Shown: positions 1-14,108 of the stretch, piece after piece
Layout: each line of letters opens with the position of its first letter
Numbering within the stretch: position 1 is the first letter of the stretch
NCBI GenBank assembly: GCA_001643675.2
Contig: LSRY02000037.1
Span: forward strand, 682,001 to 746,000
Direction: 5' to 3'
From: Monocercomonoides exilis PA203
Taxonomy: Eukaryota; Protista; Preaxostyla
Length of the DNA stretch: 64,000 nt
The notes under the pieces: generated by a model
Told to the model about the DNA's origin: nothing
Database searches by the model: none
The model's input: only the letters and a program-made list of their open reading frames with translations
Made by a program: the position numbers and the translations under genes

Positions 1-3000
1 TTTTCAATAACTCATGTGTGAAAGGTGGATATGACATTCTTCTTCAAGACTTTTCGCTAAACAACATTCATCCAAACTGTTATTCAAACGGACAAACAGA
101 AAACAGAGTTAGCTCAAAAAACAACTCTGTTGTTGATAAAAGTGAATAGCTTGATAATGTTGGCGGACGAATCAGATTTGTTTTTTCAACTGAAGCAAAA
201 CAAAATTCCAAAGGCGCTTTTTCATATCAGATCAATGAAAGCTATCCGTGTTATTCTATCAGCCATTGTTTTACTCAACTTTTTCCATGTTATGCAAATG
301 AAGTCCAGATATTAGCAAAAACAATGACAGAAATAAGAAATGAAGACTTTGATGACAATGCTTATGTGAAATATGGACAAAGAAAAGTGAGCGCAACTGT
401 CCAAACAAAAATTGAAGCAGATAATGTTTCTCATATTTAAGTCTTAACAGGAACTTGCTCTTGTGCATTGCTTAGAAGAAGAGAATTTTAATGACTCACG
501 AATATTTGAGGAGAATGGAACTTATTATGTTGGAACAGCAGGCAGCACAACTCTTTTCTCACTAAGTCGACTGTTTTCGCGAAGCCTCCATGAAAGTTCC
601 ATTAGCTATAGCTCCTTTATCATCTGATAATGTACTACTGTTAAATGTCAACAATGTGCAATTTGTTGCAGATTGAATTTCTTCGGATAACGGCCATTAT
701 TGTTATTTCACAACATCTGGGCCTGCTTTCTGTCGCATTTGTCTTATCTTCCCTTTCTATTCCATAGCTGATGATACAATCTCTTCTCCAGATCTTCTTT
801 GGAGAAAATTGAATGTATAATCAAATTTCAGTCAATCCAACAGAAAAACAATTTTCAAACAATCATCATCATCATCTTTTCTTCTTCTTCGTTTTCCTCA
901 TTTTTTTATTCCTTATCTTCAACATTTCCTGCCTTTTTGAAAAAAATCTTATGAAAGAAAACAATTCTTTCTCAAGATTCGAGATATATTTATTTCATTC
1001 GAACTATTCTTTGAATGAAAATGACTGCGATAAGAAACAAGAGATAAAAGAGAATAATTAGAAAAAAAAGAAGACAACACTGATGAAAATGCTAGGTGAG
1101 AGTCAAATGATAAATCACATTTTATGATGACTCGAAGAACAGCAACATGTTGTTGATTACCAATTCTTGAAACTTCAGACAAAAACAATGACGATAATAA
1201 TCTTATAGCGATGTAGCTATGCAAGATAAAATTCCTTCTCCATCTTAAATATCATCGTCTTGTAAAACTTCATCACTCACTGTTTGTCCAACAGCAGCAT
1301 CCCAAAGCATATTGACACTTCTTTTTCATTACTCTTCAGCTGCAGCCTCAGCAGTACCACCAGCAGCCGCACCATTTGCAACAACGCCATCTGCCCTTCT
1401 TTCTTTGAGATATCCTTTAGTGCAGTCACCTTTCACCACCTCAACCCAACCAATGCTCTCATCCATTTTCACGCAGTCGCTATAGAAAACACACTCACCG
1501 TGCATTGCAGTTCCTTCTCACACTCTTTGTAATCTCTCTGTATTCATTCAACGTTTGAGGAACTCTCCAGTGAGTTGCATTACACATATAAGGTGGACCA
1601 AGACACAACAAGAAGTCGTTTTATTTGAACGCTTCCAGTACCTTGCAAATGAAGGTGGACATCACACAGACAGCCTGTATGCATCTCGGAAGGTCCAAAG
1701 CAACAGCGCCTATGAAATCTGTGGATTGCACATACGCACAAGAGATTCCATTTGAACAGACGTGATCTTTCCTCAAGCTTCTCCTGATGACAAACAAAAA
1801 GAAAAAGACATATCAAAACAAAATATGAAATCATACAGAGCTTTTATCGCATCCTTCAGCAACTCTGCTTCTGTCTGGTTGTTGTTCAGTAAAAATTCGA
1901 GAATGCAGATGACTCTGTCCTCACCTTCTCCAACTTCAACCATTTTAACACCTCAGAAAACATCTTGATCTTCTTCTCCAACGCATCTTCAACAGCACAG
2001 TGTTGAAAAACAATAAAAATGATTGCTTATCTCATGTGAACTTCCAACACGTGAACCTCCCGGACAGCCACACATCCTCAAAAAACTTCCGGAATTTTTT
2101 TTCCCTGTGGATCTTCTCCCATCATTCAGCCTCACCCTTCTTCTGCTCTGCATGCTTCTTTCCCAGCCACTGAACAACAGTCGCCTTTCCTGCCTCTTTC
2201 TATTCCACTGTTGGAGTTACAGCAAGCATCCAGTTCTTCGCTCTCTCTTCGCATCGTGGTGCGGAAATAGCTGAATCACATTCAGCTCACTTGCATCACT
2301 TTTTTCTGCATTTACACACTCCTCCTCCTCCTCTTCTTCTTCTTCTTCTTCCTCCTCTTCCTCTTCTTCCTCTTTTCCTTCATCTCATCCATCACGTTCA
2401 ACTCCTCTGACTGGCGTAGCTGCCATCAAAGCTCGTTTTGAGGCAATGCATATTTTATCTACTTCTCAATCTTCTTCTCCTTCTACCTCTTTTTCTCCTT
2501 CTTCCACTTTTTATTCTTCTTCTTCTTCTTCTTATTTTTCTTCGCTTTCTTCGCCTCCTCTTCGTACTGTAACTCTCTCTTACCCCTTTCTGCTCTGACC
2601 CTCAATCTTTTTCCATGTCAAAGTTTCCCCGCAACACAAGCTCCTCCTGCTCCTTCACCTGCTTAACCTGCTTCCCCATAATTTCTTCATATATCACCTT
2701 CATTTTATTCTTCACATTCTTCTTTTGGGCAAGTGCTGCCTGTTGCTTCTCAATCAAATACTTGAATTGCGCCTTCTGTTCAATTATCGTCTGCTCCTGC
2801 ACTTTCGACAGCTCCATCAGCATCTTCATTTCCTTCTCCATCTTGTTTATCTTCCACCGCAAAGTTGCATTCACTCCTCCTTCACAACCACCACCAGAAT
2901 CACCAATGCCACCACCATCGGCAACAGCTTTTTTCTTCTCGGATCTTTCATTGATCCCAGATTCTGATCCCCTCATTTTATCTTCTCCTCCACAGCAGTT

Positions 3001-4879
3001 TGCTTCTCCCGCAAAACTCTCCCAGCACCCAACTTCACAACAGCTCCTTTCCAGTTTGTGCATCACCCAAGCACCACAGCACTTCCGTTTTTAATAATTG
3101 CTGAAATCTTCTCCCGTCACTTTTCACACAGCCCCAACTGCAAAACCAACAAAGCCAAAGATAGAACCATCCCGCACTCTGCAGATGCTAATGAAAAAAG
3201 CATGGCAGAAAGTATCTCCAACACAACCACTTTCTGTTTGCTATCCACGCTCACCACTCCTCCTTGCTGAGCTCTATCTTCTTCATTATCTCCACCAGCT
3301 GCTTCATCAGCTCTTTTACCTCTGCATTTGGTTTCTGACTCAGCTCCAGAATCTTCCTTTCCAGTTTCACCACCATCTCCTCAATCTTCCACACTTCATT
3401 CTCAACAACTCCTCATCTTATCACTTCTTCGTCTGTCTTCACAGTCACACTCCTCGACTGCGCAGATCGGAACACCAGCTGCACTGTGGAAAGTTGTAAC
3501 TTAAAGGGATTAAATAGATCGTGAATTTAACGGTTCACGTTTATCAAGTTCAGTACAATGATTGACTCTCTCCCCAACAACGAACCCACCAACACTACAA
3601 GTGAAAGATGCAGTTTCACCAGTGAAACTGAAAGTGTCGCTGAAAGCGCTGCAACATACCCCCCACAGTTTCCTCAGCGCACATGGAAACAACGGAATGC
3701 GCTGATCAAACACCCCAGTTACTTCTTATCTTCGCTTCTTTACCCTCGGAATGGCAAGGCTGATCTGTATTAAGCATCTGCAAAAAAATGTGATAGTCGT
3801 TTCAGAACCTTTTCATATTGCTAAATATGAAATTTCAAATAATGTCAAGTTGTATTTTGGAGGATTCGAGACGTGATGGACAAAGTTGATGTCAATAAAA
3901 TCTTAAGGCTAAAGGTTTGTTTGCTCGTTCTCCATGGAAAATATTGTTTAACAAAACTACGTATTGTTTAATATTATTTCCAGACTGTGAAAAGCTCCAC
4001 ATCCTGAATCTTGTGTCTTATTACTGATAGAACGATTCAAAAATTAGTTGTCTTTCCTTTTTAATTAACATTTTGTTCAATAAGACTTTGAACATATTTT
4101 CACATTCGGCTCAGATTATTCAAATGTCCATACGATCCACACGCAGTGATTTGATGGCTGTTTGAAGGGATTAAGCAGTAGAAGAAAGCCATTTATTCAA
4201 AAAGTGACAAAAAAATCAGTAAATTGCTTGTGAATTTTTGCTTCTTTACTTCTTTATCCAGTGGAAAATCATTTCCATGGATATGATCAGTTCATTTTTG
4301 GATCAAATCTGTTTCGGTTATACGGAAACCAACTTTATAAATCGGACGACAACGCCGCTTTATTCCTTTCAATCATCGGTTTTTGTCAATTTTTTATTCA
4401 TTAAAATGTATAGAATGTCATTTGTTTCATTGAAGGTACTGCTTCGATTTGTTTATAATTGTTTTCAATGATTGCATTCATTGTTTCATTGCAATGAAAG
4501 TAATAAAATACTTTCATATTTTTGTTCACTATTGAAATCTATATTTCAAAATAAGAAAGACAGAAAGAAAAGATAGAAAAGTGAATAAAACCAACTGTTT
4601 CTTCAAACATTAATTTCTATATTCATCATTTGCATACTATCTTAAATGTCTCAAAAGTCATGGATGAAAGAGCAAGTTTCATGATATATTCCCATTTATT
4701 TCATTATATCAAACAGTAACAACATGACAGCTCTTCCCTCATCTTTGTTTGGAACAATATTCTTTGGGTTGCCGGAACAAAGCAACGAAATAAGAGATTT
4801 GAGGTTTGTTGTTAGTCATTCCATTGGAAATTTTTTGAAGAATTATTTGCAGACAAACCATTCCCCAAAATATAAATGA

Positions 4880-6042
4880 AAGTCATGAAGACAACTCAAC
4901 AAGTGGTATCGAAGCAACGGTGATCCAAAACACTTCAATAGACAAGGATCAATCAGATTCAAACTCACTTTCGGACTTCACTCCATCAAAACGGAAAATC
5001 TGTTCGGTTTGTTTCAACAGTGGAGAATCAGAAGAGCGAGATCATTATTCCTCTTCTGACAATTAAGATAATTCTCCAACTGAATTATCGAAGGCGGCAA
5101 AATGTGAGAAGAGGGGCAAGCCTGAACAGTTGAATGCTTCAAGCAACGAAACAAAACCTAAGAAGAAAAAAGGAAAGGATGCTTCAAAAAGAAATAAATT
5201 CCCAGATTTCGACTCATTGAAAGAGAGAAGAGATTTTTAACTTGAAGAAATTAATCAAATGGAAATTCATTCCGAAAAAAATGAGGATGATAATGAAACC
5301 TACGGAGTTCTTTTTGACTCTCTATTGAATAACCCAGATGATGAACATCTTCGGCTATCAATTGACTTTCTTATTGAATTAGGCAACTTGGTTCAATTAC
5401 AAAATAAGCGCAATTCCAAAACAGGGTCCAAAGAAAAGATTGACAACACACGTCGAAATTGTTGTTTATTTGGATTGGCTTTCTAGCAAAACAACGTTAA
5501 AAAGGATTGCCTTTTCTCTTGAAATTTTAGAATCAATGGCTTGCAATTCGATCAAGAACATTAGACCTTTTTTATTAAATGCACTGGAAAAGATGTTCAT
5601 CAATCTTCCAAGACCTCAATCGCCTTTGAATGAAGATTATCCACAAGTTGCTCTTTTGGTTGATGCGACAACCATCAAAGTTTCCACTCCTCCAATTCCA
5701 TTTGAAGATTCAAACCTACTATACGATGGACACCATCAAGTTTACAGTATGAAATTTGAAGTTGCTGTTTCAGCGTGGTATCCTCATAAAGCTTTATTTG
5801 TGTCAAATGCAGTAATGGGAGGTGTACATGAAGTGGCTTTGTTTCGTGAAGGAAAAGAAAGATATGTTCAGTATTTGAAGATGACTGACAAAGAAAAAGA
5901 AAAATATTTCTGCACTCTTCACACAGACAGATGGGCAATTGTTGCAGACAAAGGCTCTCAGGGTCATTTCACGGATATCGAAGTCATAACACCAATTAAA
6001 AAACACTCAACGAACAGCAAATTATCTTCATGTCAAAGGTAA
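4880..6042 (+). pseudogene. PIF/Harbinger-ISL2EU-like (DDE_Tnp_4) transposase relic
   Basis: ORF 5440-6042 has LLVDATTIKVSTP...LLYDGHHQVYSMKFEVAV...VSNAVMGGVHEVALF...WAIVADKGSQG, matching the D(G/A)T, Y.G.K..H..K and DxGY motifs of DDE_Tnp_4 nucleases. The upstream frame (about 4880-5486) has in-frame TAA stops and a frameshift near 5440. The ORF ends before the final catalytic residue. Confidence 0.75.
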
Positions 6043-6266
6043 TTCTGTTTGACACCTTCAACATTCATTTCATGTTCATCGCCTTATTCATTTCCGTGCA
6101 ACTCATCGTTGAGATCATCTTCTGCATCCACATCTTCTTCTTCCTCTCCTTCTTTGGCTTCGTCATTTTCATTAGAAACTTCTTCTTCCTCTTGCTCTCC
6201 TTCTCCTTCTTCAACTATCTCTTATGATATTTCATCTTCAACTTCATTTGAATCTGCTGAGAATAT

Positions 6267-6525
6267 GGGTGATTTTTTTTGATATCATAAAAAAAGATCA
6301 AAAATTGAAAAAATAAATTCTATTGTGGTATTTATTGATCAAAAAGTTTAATTGATTTTTTGCAAGTATTTAGCTTTTATTTCGTAATATTTATTTGTTT
6401 TATTTTCTTTAGCAAAAAAACATTCCTTTTTGATGTTTTTGTGGAATAGAATTTTTTTTGATCAAGTTTTATAAAAATTAACAAAAACAAATAACTAAAA
6501 CTTCAGAAAAAAATAGAAGTTTCAA
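6267..6525 (+). repeat. Dispersed non-coding repeat beginning AT|GGGTGATTTTTTTTGATATCATAAAAAA (probable transposon end)
   Basis: Aligns by eye over ~250 bp with 41762-42015. The terminal ~45 bp recur on the minus strand ending at 32274. Confidence 0.7.
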
Positions 6526-6969
6526 GACTAACTTTGCAATACCGAAAATTGGGAAAAGAAAGCAAAATACATTGAAAAAGTTTTAAATTTGAATAAAAAA
6601 ATATTTTTTTTGACATTCTAAAAATGACAATAGTTTGTATCTTTTGTTTCTTTGGCTTCAATATCACATAATCATCATTCCAGTTTGGTGCTTCAGCTTC
6701 AACAGTAAAACAAAAGATAGAACTGTGGAAAAGGAAATATTTCCAAGAATAACAACTGATTCAAATTCTTTATCTATTTCTCTCTCTTCTCCTGATCTTA
6801 TAACTTTTTGACTTCTCTCTCCATCCTCTTTGCTCTTCATCCAAAATTTTTCATTATTGTTTCTTTAACATTCTTGTTCCACATACTCACTCTATCGCTC
6901 CTTAATCGCAAAAGATATTCATTCCACTCATCCTGCACTTTCTCTTCTTTCTTCTTTTATTTCTTCATA

Positions 6970-7560
6970 ATTGCCACTTCACCTGCCCTCTCCCTCTCCC
7001 TCACCAACTGCACCATCACCAACATCAACTCAGCTCCGCAAAACCAACAGACTGCCACCAATGGCGGGTGCATCTCATTCGCCTCATCTTCCACTGCCAA
7101 CACATTTTCTGTGAGTGACACCACCTTCTCCGCCTGCTCTGTGAGCGAGGATACAAGTTCTGGAGGAAGAGGCGGTGCTCTCATGATCGAGTTCCAGGAT
7201 GATTCAGAAGTGTCATCCACAACCTTTTCCATCACCAATATCGTGTTTTCAGCCAACAAGGCCAGCGTCGGAAGAGATATGTATTTTGTGTGTGAATCAT
7301 TTGTCGCTTCTGTGAAGGAACCCTTGTTCATCTTCATGGGAAACATCACTCAGAAAGACAACTAGGTTGTTGGACATGACAGAACAGAGGAATTCGGAGA
7401 TTGGGATGTCGATTTATTTATATTCTTTGATGGATTCTTTGATGATATAATATATGTGGATGGAACGTTGGGAGTGGAAGATGTATATTGTGGAATAGAA
7501 AAGGCACCATGTTTGAATGTGAATAATGGAATGGGTCATTTGAAGAAGGTGCAATGGAAT
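6970..7560 (+). pseudogene. Internal fragment of a beta-helix/adhesin-like surface protein family
   Basis: SPALSLSLTNCTITNINSAPQNQQTATNGGCISF...GRGGALMIEF...NKASVGRDMYFVC is nearly identical to the C-terminal part of ORF 54351-56324(-). There is an in-frame TAG at 7363 and no N-terminus. Confidence 0.75.
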
Positions 7561-8149
7561 GTTGCGAAGATAAAGACAAAGAAGACAAGGAAGCTGAAGG
7601 TGAAGAGGAAGATGCAGTTGAAGCAACAGAATAGCTTTTGTGCGTGCAATACGAAAAGATATTATGAAAGTTGATACATGCTATTTCTTATCTTTGAAAC
7701 TCTTTCTTTCTCTCTCAATTTTTTCCTCTTCTTCCTCTTCTCTTTTGGAGAGCTCCTTATCTAGCTAAAGAAGAAATTTGCAGAAAGCGTTGAAGGCGGA
7801 AGGAGGCCGGGAAGGAGGAGATAAGAAGAAGGAGAAGAAGAAGAGAATGAGGAGGAAGAAAAGAAAATGATGCAACTTCCAATACCCACCTGATGCTAAC
7901 AGCAGCATCATCAGAGGACGAGACCATGGAGGGGGTCTGGGAAATGAACGACGCAAAAGAAAAGGAAGAAGACGAGGAAGAAGAGGGGAGAAAAAGAAAA
8001 CAAAACACTTTCTTTAACTCAGGCTCAAACCCTCCCTGCTGCTTCCACTTCTATCTCTCTTCTCTGAAATTGAGTAAACCGCTTCTTGGTAACCCTTCCA
8101 CTCAGATGAATTCGTTGACAATAGGCAGTCATGTGGATTTTCACTAAAT

Positions 8150-10660
8150 ATTTTACATCAGACATTTCATCCATACGTGTAAATAAGTCTTTTGTCTCTT
8201 CTGCAAAAGATTCAGATGTCTTGACCTTCTAGGAAGAAGACGAGGAAGATGAATAACACGATAAGATTACTTCGTATATCTTCAAAGGCGAGTATCTTCT
8301 TCTGTCATTCTCTTTTCCTATTCTGTAGCAACCTCTTCTTTCTCAACTTCTCCTTCTTTATCAAACAGCAGAATCATTAATTAATTTCTCAAAAGAAAAC
8401 AATATTTTCTTCACAGCATCATCTGATGCTGTTGAAAGCGATAGAAGAAAAATGAGCAAAATACTCATTTTTTCGGTTGTTGTATTTTTGTTGATATATT
8501 CCCGTGCTTGAAAAAAGGATGTTCATCGGTGACGCTGCAGAAAACAACTGCAAGACAAGAACCTCAGGAAAACTGCTTGTCATCCAACTTATACAACCAT
8601 TTTTGCTTCAATCTCCACAAGAAGAAAATGAATATCCTTTTGAATAAATATTTGTTTCTGTCGATAACACGCACGAACGGGCAAATCACAAATGTGAAGA
8701 ATATAAGCTTAGCGGCGGTGATTCAAATTGAGTGAAAAGGAAGGAAGAGACAACTTCGTTGATTGGGGAGCGGGCTTCAGATGTGATAGTGGTTGAATGT
8801 GATGGGAAGAACAGAACATACTGCATTATTATGTCGCTTCAACAGCAGGAGGACATCAATGAAGAAGAAGAACATTGCAATGAGTTGGTTGATGTTGGAG
8901 ATCTGGCAAAGCCCGTAAGGCGTGGGCATGTGGCAGCTATTGTAGAACTTGATATGGTAAAAAATGAAGGTGTCCAACTTATTGAGGATATTTGATGAAA
9001 GAATGCTTTTAGTGAAAGCAGAATTCAAGTGAAGAGAATAAGTGGCGCTGTTCAGAGGCCGAAGAGAAGGAAAGCTGGAGCGTCTGGAATGAGAGGCATT
9101 TTCAGAAAAGAAGGGGTAACTAAGACGAAGGAGAGATCTCTTTTGCAAGAAAGAAGAAAGGATGTTTGCTTTGGATGAAGGGCGCTTGACGGGCTCGAAC
9201 AGGGTTGAGATGATGCTATCAGTGGATAATAGATTTGAGAAATAAGAAGAAGGCGATGATGACGAAGAGAAGATGTTTCGAGAAGAAGCAAGGGTGAGCG
9301 GTGTGGAGGCAGACAGCTGCATCACAGGAACAATAACGTCAACATCAAGTGCGCAGGAGATGGTTCCCAGTTCAGTATTTTTCATCAGCTTTGATTCCAA
9401 TGCTGACACAAACACTGGGAAGTCTTCCTGGAAGAGATCCGCAGCCCATGCTTCGCGATCGAAACTGATTGAAAATAAGTGATTTAATGAGGGATGATTC
9501 ATATGGATGAATATTATTTGATTGAATTAATTGAAATAAAAATTTGAATAAGATTAATTTGAAAAACATGAAATGGAATAAAAGCAAAATATTCAATAAT
9601 AGAAAAAGATAACAAACCTTATTAAATGAGGAATCGCACTTTGATCTCTTCTTGATCAGAACACATTGGCTATTGATTGTTTGAATCACAACAGAGTGGA
9701 TAGATTGAGCGTCTTAATGATTTCTAAGGAAATGTTGTTCGAACAGGCATTTCGATGCATATTGTCAATTAGCACTTTCACAAAATGACAGTTGAAATCA
9801 GCACACAAATTCCTGTCAAGAATGTCTGTGAAAAACAAGAGTGAATTTAAAGCAAATAGTTCAAAATTTAAAAAGAATATGAAATAAAAATTGAAATAAA
9901 TTATTTGTTTTTAATTGATAATATTTCTTAATTAAATATAAAGAAAATCAACTCAAACATTTCTTCCAATCTTCTCCATCACCAACATTAATCCGCCTGA
10001 AATTCTGTTCTTTTCTCTCGCCGAGCTCAGAATATCCTCCACCTTTGACTCCCTTCGCTTTCCTTAAACACCCCATCTTTAAAAATCTAGTCAATTTTGT
10101 TTGTAATTAGCCAAGTTTCACCAAAGATAAAAGTATTCTTTAGCCAGTCTTCTTAAGATTTCAACACTTGGGGAGTGAAACTTCGCCTCTTCTCCAAACT
10201 TCTTCTCATGTGTTATAAACTGTGTCTTCTTTTCATTCGCAATCCTATTAACTATTTGATAGACTTCTTCGCCTGCGTTTCTGCCCCGCTCAAATCAGAC
10301 AGCAACAAATACAACTCAGACTGGTAGATTCCATTGAAGCTTCCATTTCCCCTCTTCTCTGCTGCTTCCACCGCATTCTTCAGTAACTGGTCTGCGTATT
10401 GTGACTCAAATACAACCCCATAAAGCTTTCCAAACTCTCTTCTATTGTATCCTTCCAGGATGTGCGGAAAACAGTGCTGGTGAGTGAACTTCTCAAAGGG
10501 ACCTCCACTCAAAATGAGCTAGTCATTCGTATCACATTTCTCATCGACAGTAAGTCTGTCGCTTTTAACAATCAAGTTCTCGTTCAGCGCATAAAACAGG
10601 TTCATGTGCACATCCAACTACGCACACGAAATATACAGCGTGCGCTCAATATTCACTAAC
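8150..10660 (-). pseudogene. Degenerate multi-exon gene of unknown function (paralog of 46590-48540)
   Basis: Blocks 9600-9800 and 10000-10640 align with 47520-47720 and 47860-48530. The frame PLVNIERTLYISCA*LDVHMNLFYALNE...FPHILEGYNRREFGKLYGVVFE carries in-frame TAG stops. ORF 8777-9502 is probably another exon. Confidence 0.55.
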
Positions 10661-10779
10661 GGAATCTTCTATGTCTGCTCCTTCTCTTGCTGCTGCTGCC
10701 TCTGGAACAAATTCATAACATGCTGATGGCTTAACGAAGGCTGAGTGGTAAGCAAAAGAGAAGATATATCGAAGTTAAC

Positions 10780-12470
10780 ATGCCGAGTGTTCATCGCATA
10801 TTGTGTTTACAGAAGATGTTGACCTTCACCTCTCCCGCATTGGCGTCAGTGCCCTTCTGCATTCTGGCGTTCCTCTCTTTTCCCGATGCGATTTCTCAGC
10901 CCGCTTCACCTGGCTCAGGCGCAGAAGTGGGACATCCCCCGAACCCATCACTTCTTTCCGTCTGCTCTCCGCTCGTTCTCTCTGTCCAACGCTCTTGGCC
11001 TTCTCCTCCGCTCTTTCATCCATCTGATGCCCCAAGTCCTATCTTCGGCTCCACACCAAATCAACTTGTCCACGATGTCAGCGAGCCAAACAGAAAATGA
11101 GATACTGTGGCTGCCGATGGCTCCAATGTCGTGATAAATGAAAGACGCTGCCCCTTCTCTTCGCTTGCTTTGTGCAGTACTGAATACGGACGGAAGCGAT
11201 ATGGCTCAATCTCATCCAGTTCTGGTGAGCTCGGAGACGTTGCATGCATTGGCTCCCCTAATCCATCTTTTGCTGATCCATTTTGTCCTTCAGCTTCCCC
11301 CTCTAATTCCTCTCGCTCCTTCTTCCCCTTCATCCTCGTGCCCCTCGTCCTGGACATTGTCCTGGTCTTTTTGCTGTGTTTCCTTTTCCGCTTCTTTCGT
11401 CATTCTGCTCTGCCTCGACACACACTGCTTTTCATGCTCCATGCTCTCTCCCGTTCCACTTTCTTTTTCATCTCCACTTCTGTCTTCTCCATTTTTGTTT
11501 CCACTCTCATATGCATCTTCACTATCGCCAGTCCGCTCGTATCTCAAAATATGATGGCAGTGGCTGTTGTGTTGGTGGCGGAGGCAGTGGCAATGTTCAT
11601 CGTCATCCACTTGCAACGCCTCCTCCTCTTCTCCTGGCTGCACAGAATCCCTTTGTACAATCCGCTCCACCATCCACTGCGGATAAGCTAGGACAACGCT
11701 GTCTGGCTGCGAATACAGAAATGCTATCTCCTTTCGGCTTCTCGTTGTAGCAGGTGCAGACGCCCTTCCCTCCGCCCCTTCTCCAAACCTTATCCCTCTC
11801 GGCATCTCTCCCTCAAAATCCTCCTCAAACTCCTCATCTCACCTTCTTCTTCCAATCTTTGTTCTTCCCTCAGCCTCCTATCATCCTCTTCTCTCATCCT
11901 CCAACATGTCCAATTCTCGCAACCTTCTCCCCTTTCTCTTTCTTCTCCTTCTTCTCCCTCTTCCTCTTTCCCTCTTCCGTCGTCTGCTTCTGCTTCTAAT
12001 CGGTTTCTCTTATGCTCTTCAAAGCCCCACCCAATTCCTCTTCACACTCTTCCTTTCTGTCTCTGCTCCATATAGAACTCTCTCCTCGCTTCCTCTCTCC
12101 TCTGTTTCGCAAGCATCGTCTCGCTCATCTCCATTGCCCTCCTCATCGCGTTCTTCTCTCCCAGCTTTCGGTTCAGCCCCCGCCATATCTCCCGCATCTT
12201 CACTGCCCCTTCCCTCCTCTCCCGCTCCTTCTCGTCCTCCCGCAGCATCACTGACACCTTGTTCTCTTCCCCCACATTCATCTTCTTCTGCACCGTCGTC
12301 ACGCGCGAAAGCTCCGATTCCTTAAAGAACTCCCCCCGCGGCTTCAGCAGCAACAGCGTCGGCGACACCCCTTCTGCTGCCCCAGCTGTCCGTATCAGCA
12401 GCAGTTCCTGCTCCCCCGACGCTGTCCGCTCTGCCTCCCACCGCTCAAACTGCCCAACCGACTCCTGCAT
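10780..12470 (-). pseudogene. GC-rich, frameshifted coding remnant (E/K/R-rich hypothetical protein)
   Basis: Staggered minus-strand ORFs 12042-12470, 11290-11805, 11061-11357 and 10826-11035 lie in a GC-rich block. The 5' part is duplicated in the right arm of the long inverted repeat. Confidence 0.4.
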
Positions 12471-13799
12471 TTTGTTCTTCGACTGTCAACTCTCGGCACG
12501 CCATGTTACAGCCCATCACCAACCAAATGGACGCACACCAACGCCGCACCATCTGTTTTCTGCTCGCAATTCTGAGACTAGCATATTCTACAGACGCGTC
12601 TGCTTCGTCAAAAAAAGCCATGTGAGAATGTTTTCTGTATCTGAATCAGAGAAAAAATAAAATAAAATCATGAAATGGCCTTAAAATTATAATTATTAAG
12701 TTTAAAATTGATTTTAAAAAAATGAAGATTTAATTAGATAGATTGAACAAAATAACCTTTCTAATTTTCCATTCTACCTCTCTTGCTTCTCATTCCTTTA
12801 TCTCTCCTCCTCCTTTAGTTCTCGTTCGTTTCCTTTCTTTGCAGTTCTGTTTCTGCAACAAATATCTCCCTTTCACTGCATAAGACATGAGCATTCTTTT
12901 GCCTTTCTTGCTCTTCCGCTGCTGTCTCCAGCCGACAAACAATTGAATTCCCCGTCTCATTGCGTTTGTAACTTAGCGCTGTGAAAGCACTTTCACATTA
13001 AAAATATGCTGCTGCTTCAATAATAGCTGCAACTCGCCAAGAAGATGAATGAATGAATGATATTTCATTCTTCTTGTTGGCGCACGAGCAGCAGAGTGAA
13101 CTTAATCAGTGCCAGAAAATATGTTCGCTTGAAAGCAGCATCTGAAGAATTCTCCATTTTTTAAAAACCATTTCTCATTAAAGCCGCAAAGCAAGATAAA
13201 TACAGGCCAATAGTTTAAGAATCAGATATTACTGACAAACAAACATAAAATATAAAGATTTTGAATATATTTTGACATATTTTTTAAAAAAAGTGGTAAA
13301 TAAAAAATATATTTGAGAAATAATAACATTACTTCAAACATTATGAAAAAGACATTATTGGCAAACTTGTAAAAAGTTGGAAAAGCAAGTGATTTTAAAG
13401 AAATGAAAGAAACAAAACTCCAGCTTTAATCAGAACCATATCTTTTTGAAATTTTGAATATTTATTGAAAAAAAAAAAACAAATATCAGAAAAATTTTTA
13501 TTGTTTGTCTAATTGTTATATACGTGATAAGAGTTAGTAAAATGTTTTTTTTGAATTTTAAAACGTTGTATTTGAAGAGCATCAGCTCTTTTTCTTTGTC
13601 CAAACAATAGCGATCACAAAATGACAGAATCCTCAGGGGTCTTTTTTTTGCATAAAATGATTGTTTTCACCATTTTAACTTCATCTATAGCCAAAAAACT
13701 GCATTCTTCTACCTGCAATTTTCGCCCTTTAACGCTTATTTTTTTGATCTTTTTGACCCCTTGGAAATTCGGATCATGGGTCAGATCCTTTTGTTCATT
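12107..13799. repeat. Left arm of ~1.69 kb inverted repeat
   Basis: Reverse complement of 24771-26462, with about three mismatches seen by eye (near 12120, 13323 and 13793). ORFs 12259-12660(+) and 25909-26310(-) translate identically. Confidence 0.95.
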
Positions 13800-14108
13800 G
13801 AAGAATGATATTCAATGTTATTTTTTATTATTTTTATATGAAAATATAATTTGTTAAAAGACATATTCATTTATGCGACGATTGTTAAATAGACCTTCAA
13901 TTTTAGAATTCTTGAATTTTTCAAATTTTTTTCTGATATGAAATTTTTAAAAAATTTTTCTCTAATTAAAATCACGTTGAAAAAATTTTTTTAACAATTT
14001 TGGAAATAGTCAAATAACGAAAAAATAACAATACATATTTTTTTAAATTAAATAAAATTTTTTTAGAATAATTGTGATTAACCATAAGAAAACATTTATT
14101 AAAGAAAA

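Noticed and set aside
1-4400. Possible transposase or helical-repeat gene remnants
   Set aside because: Only short interrupted frames, with no motif set convincing enough to name.
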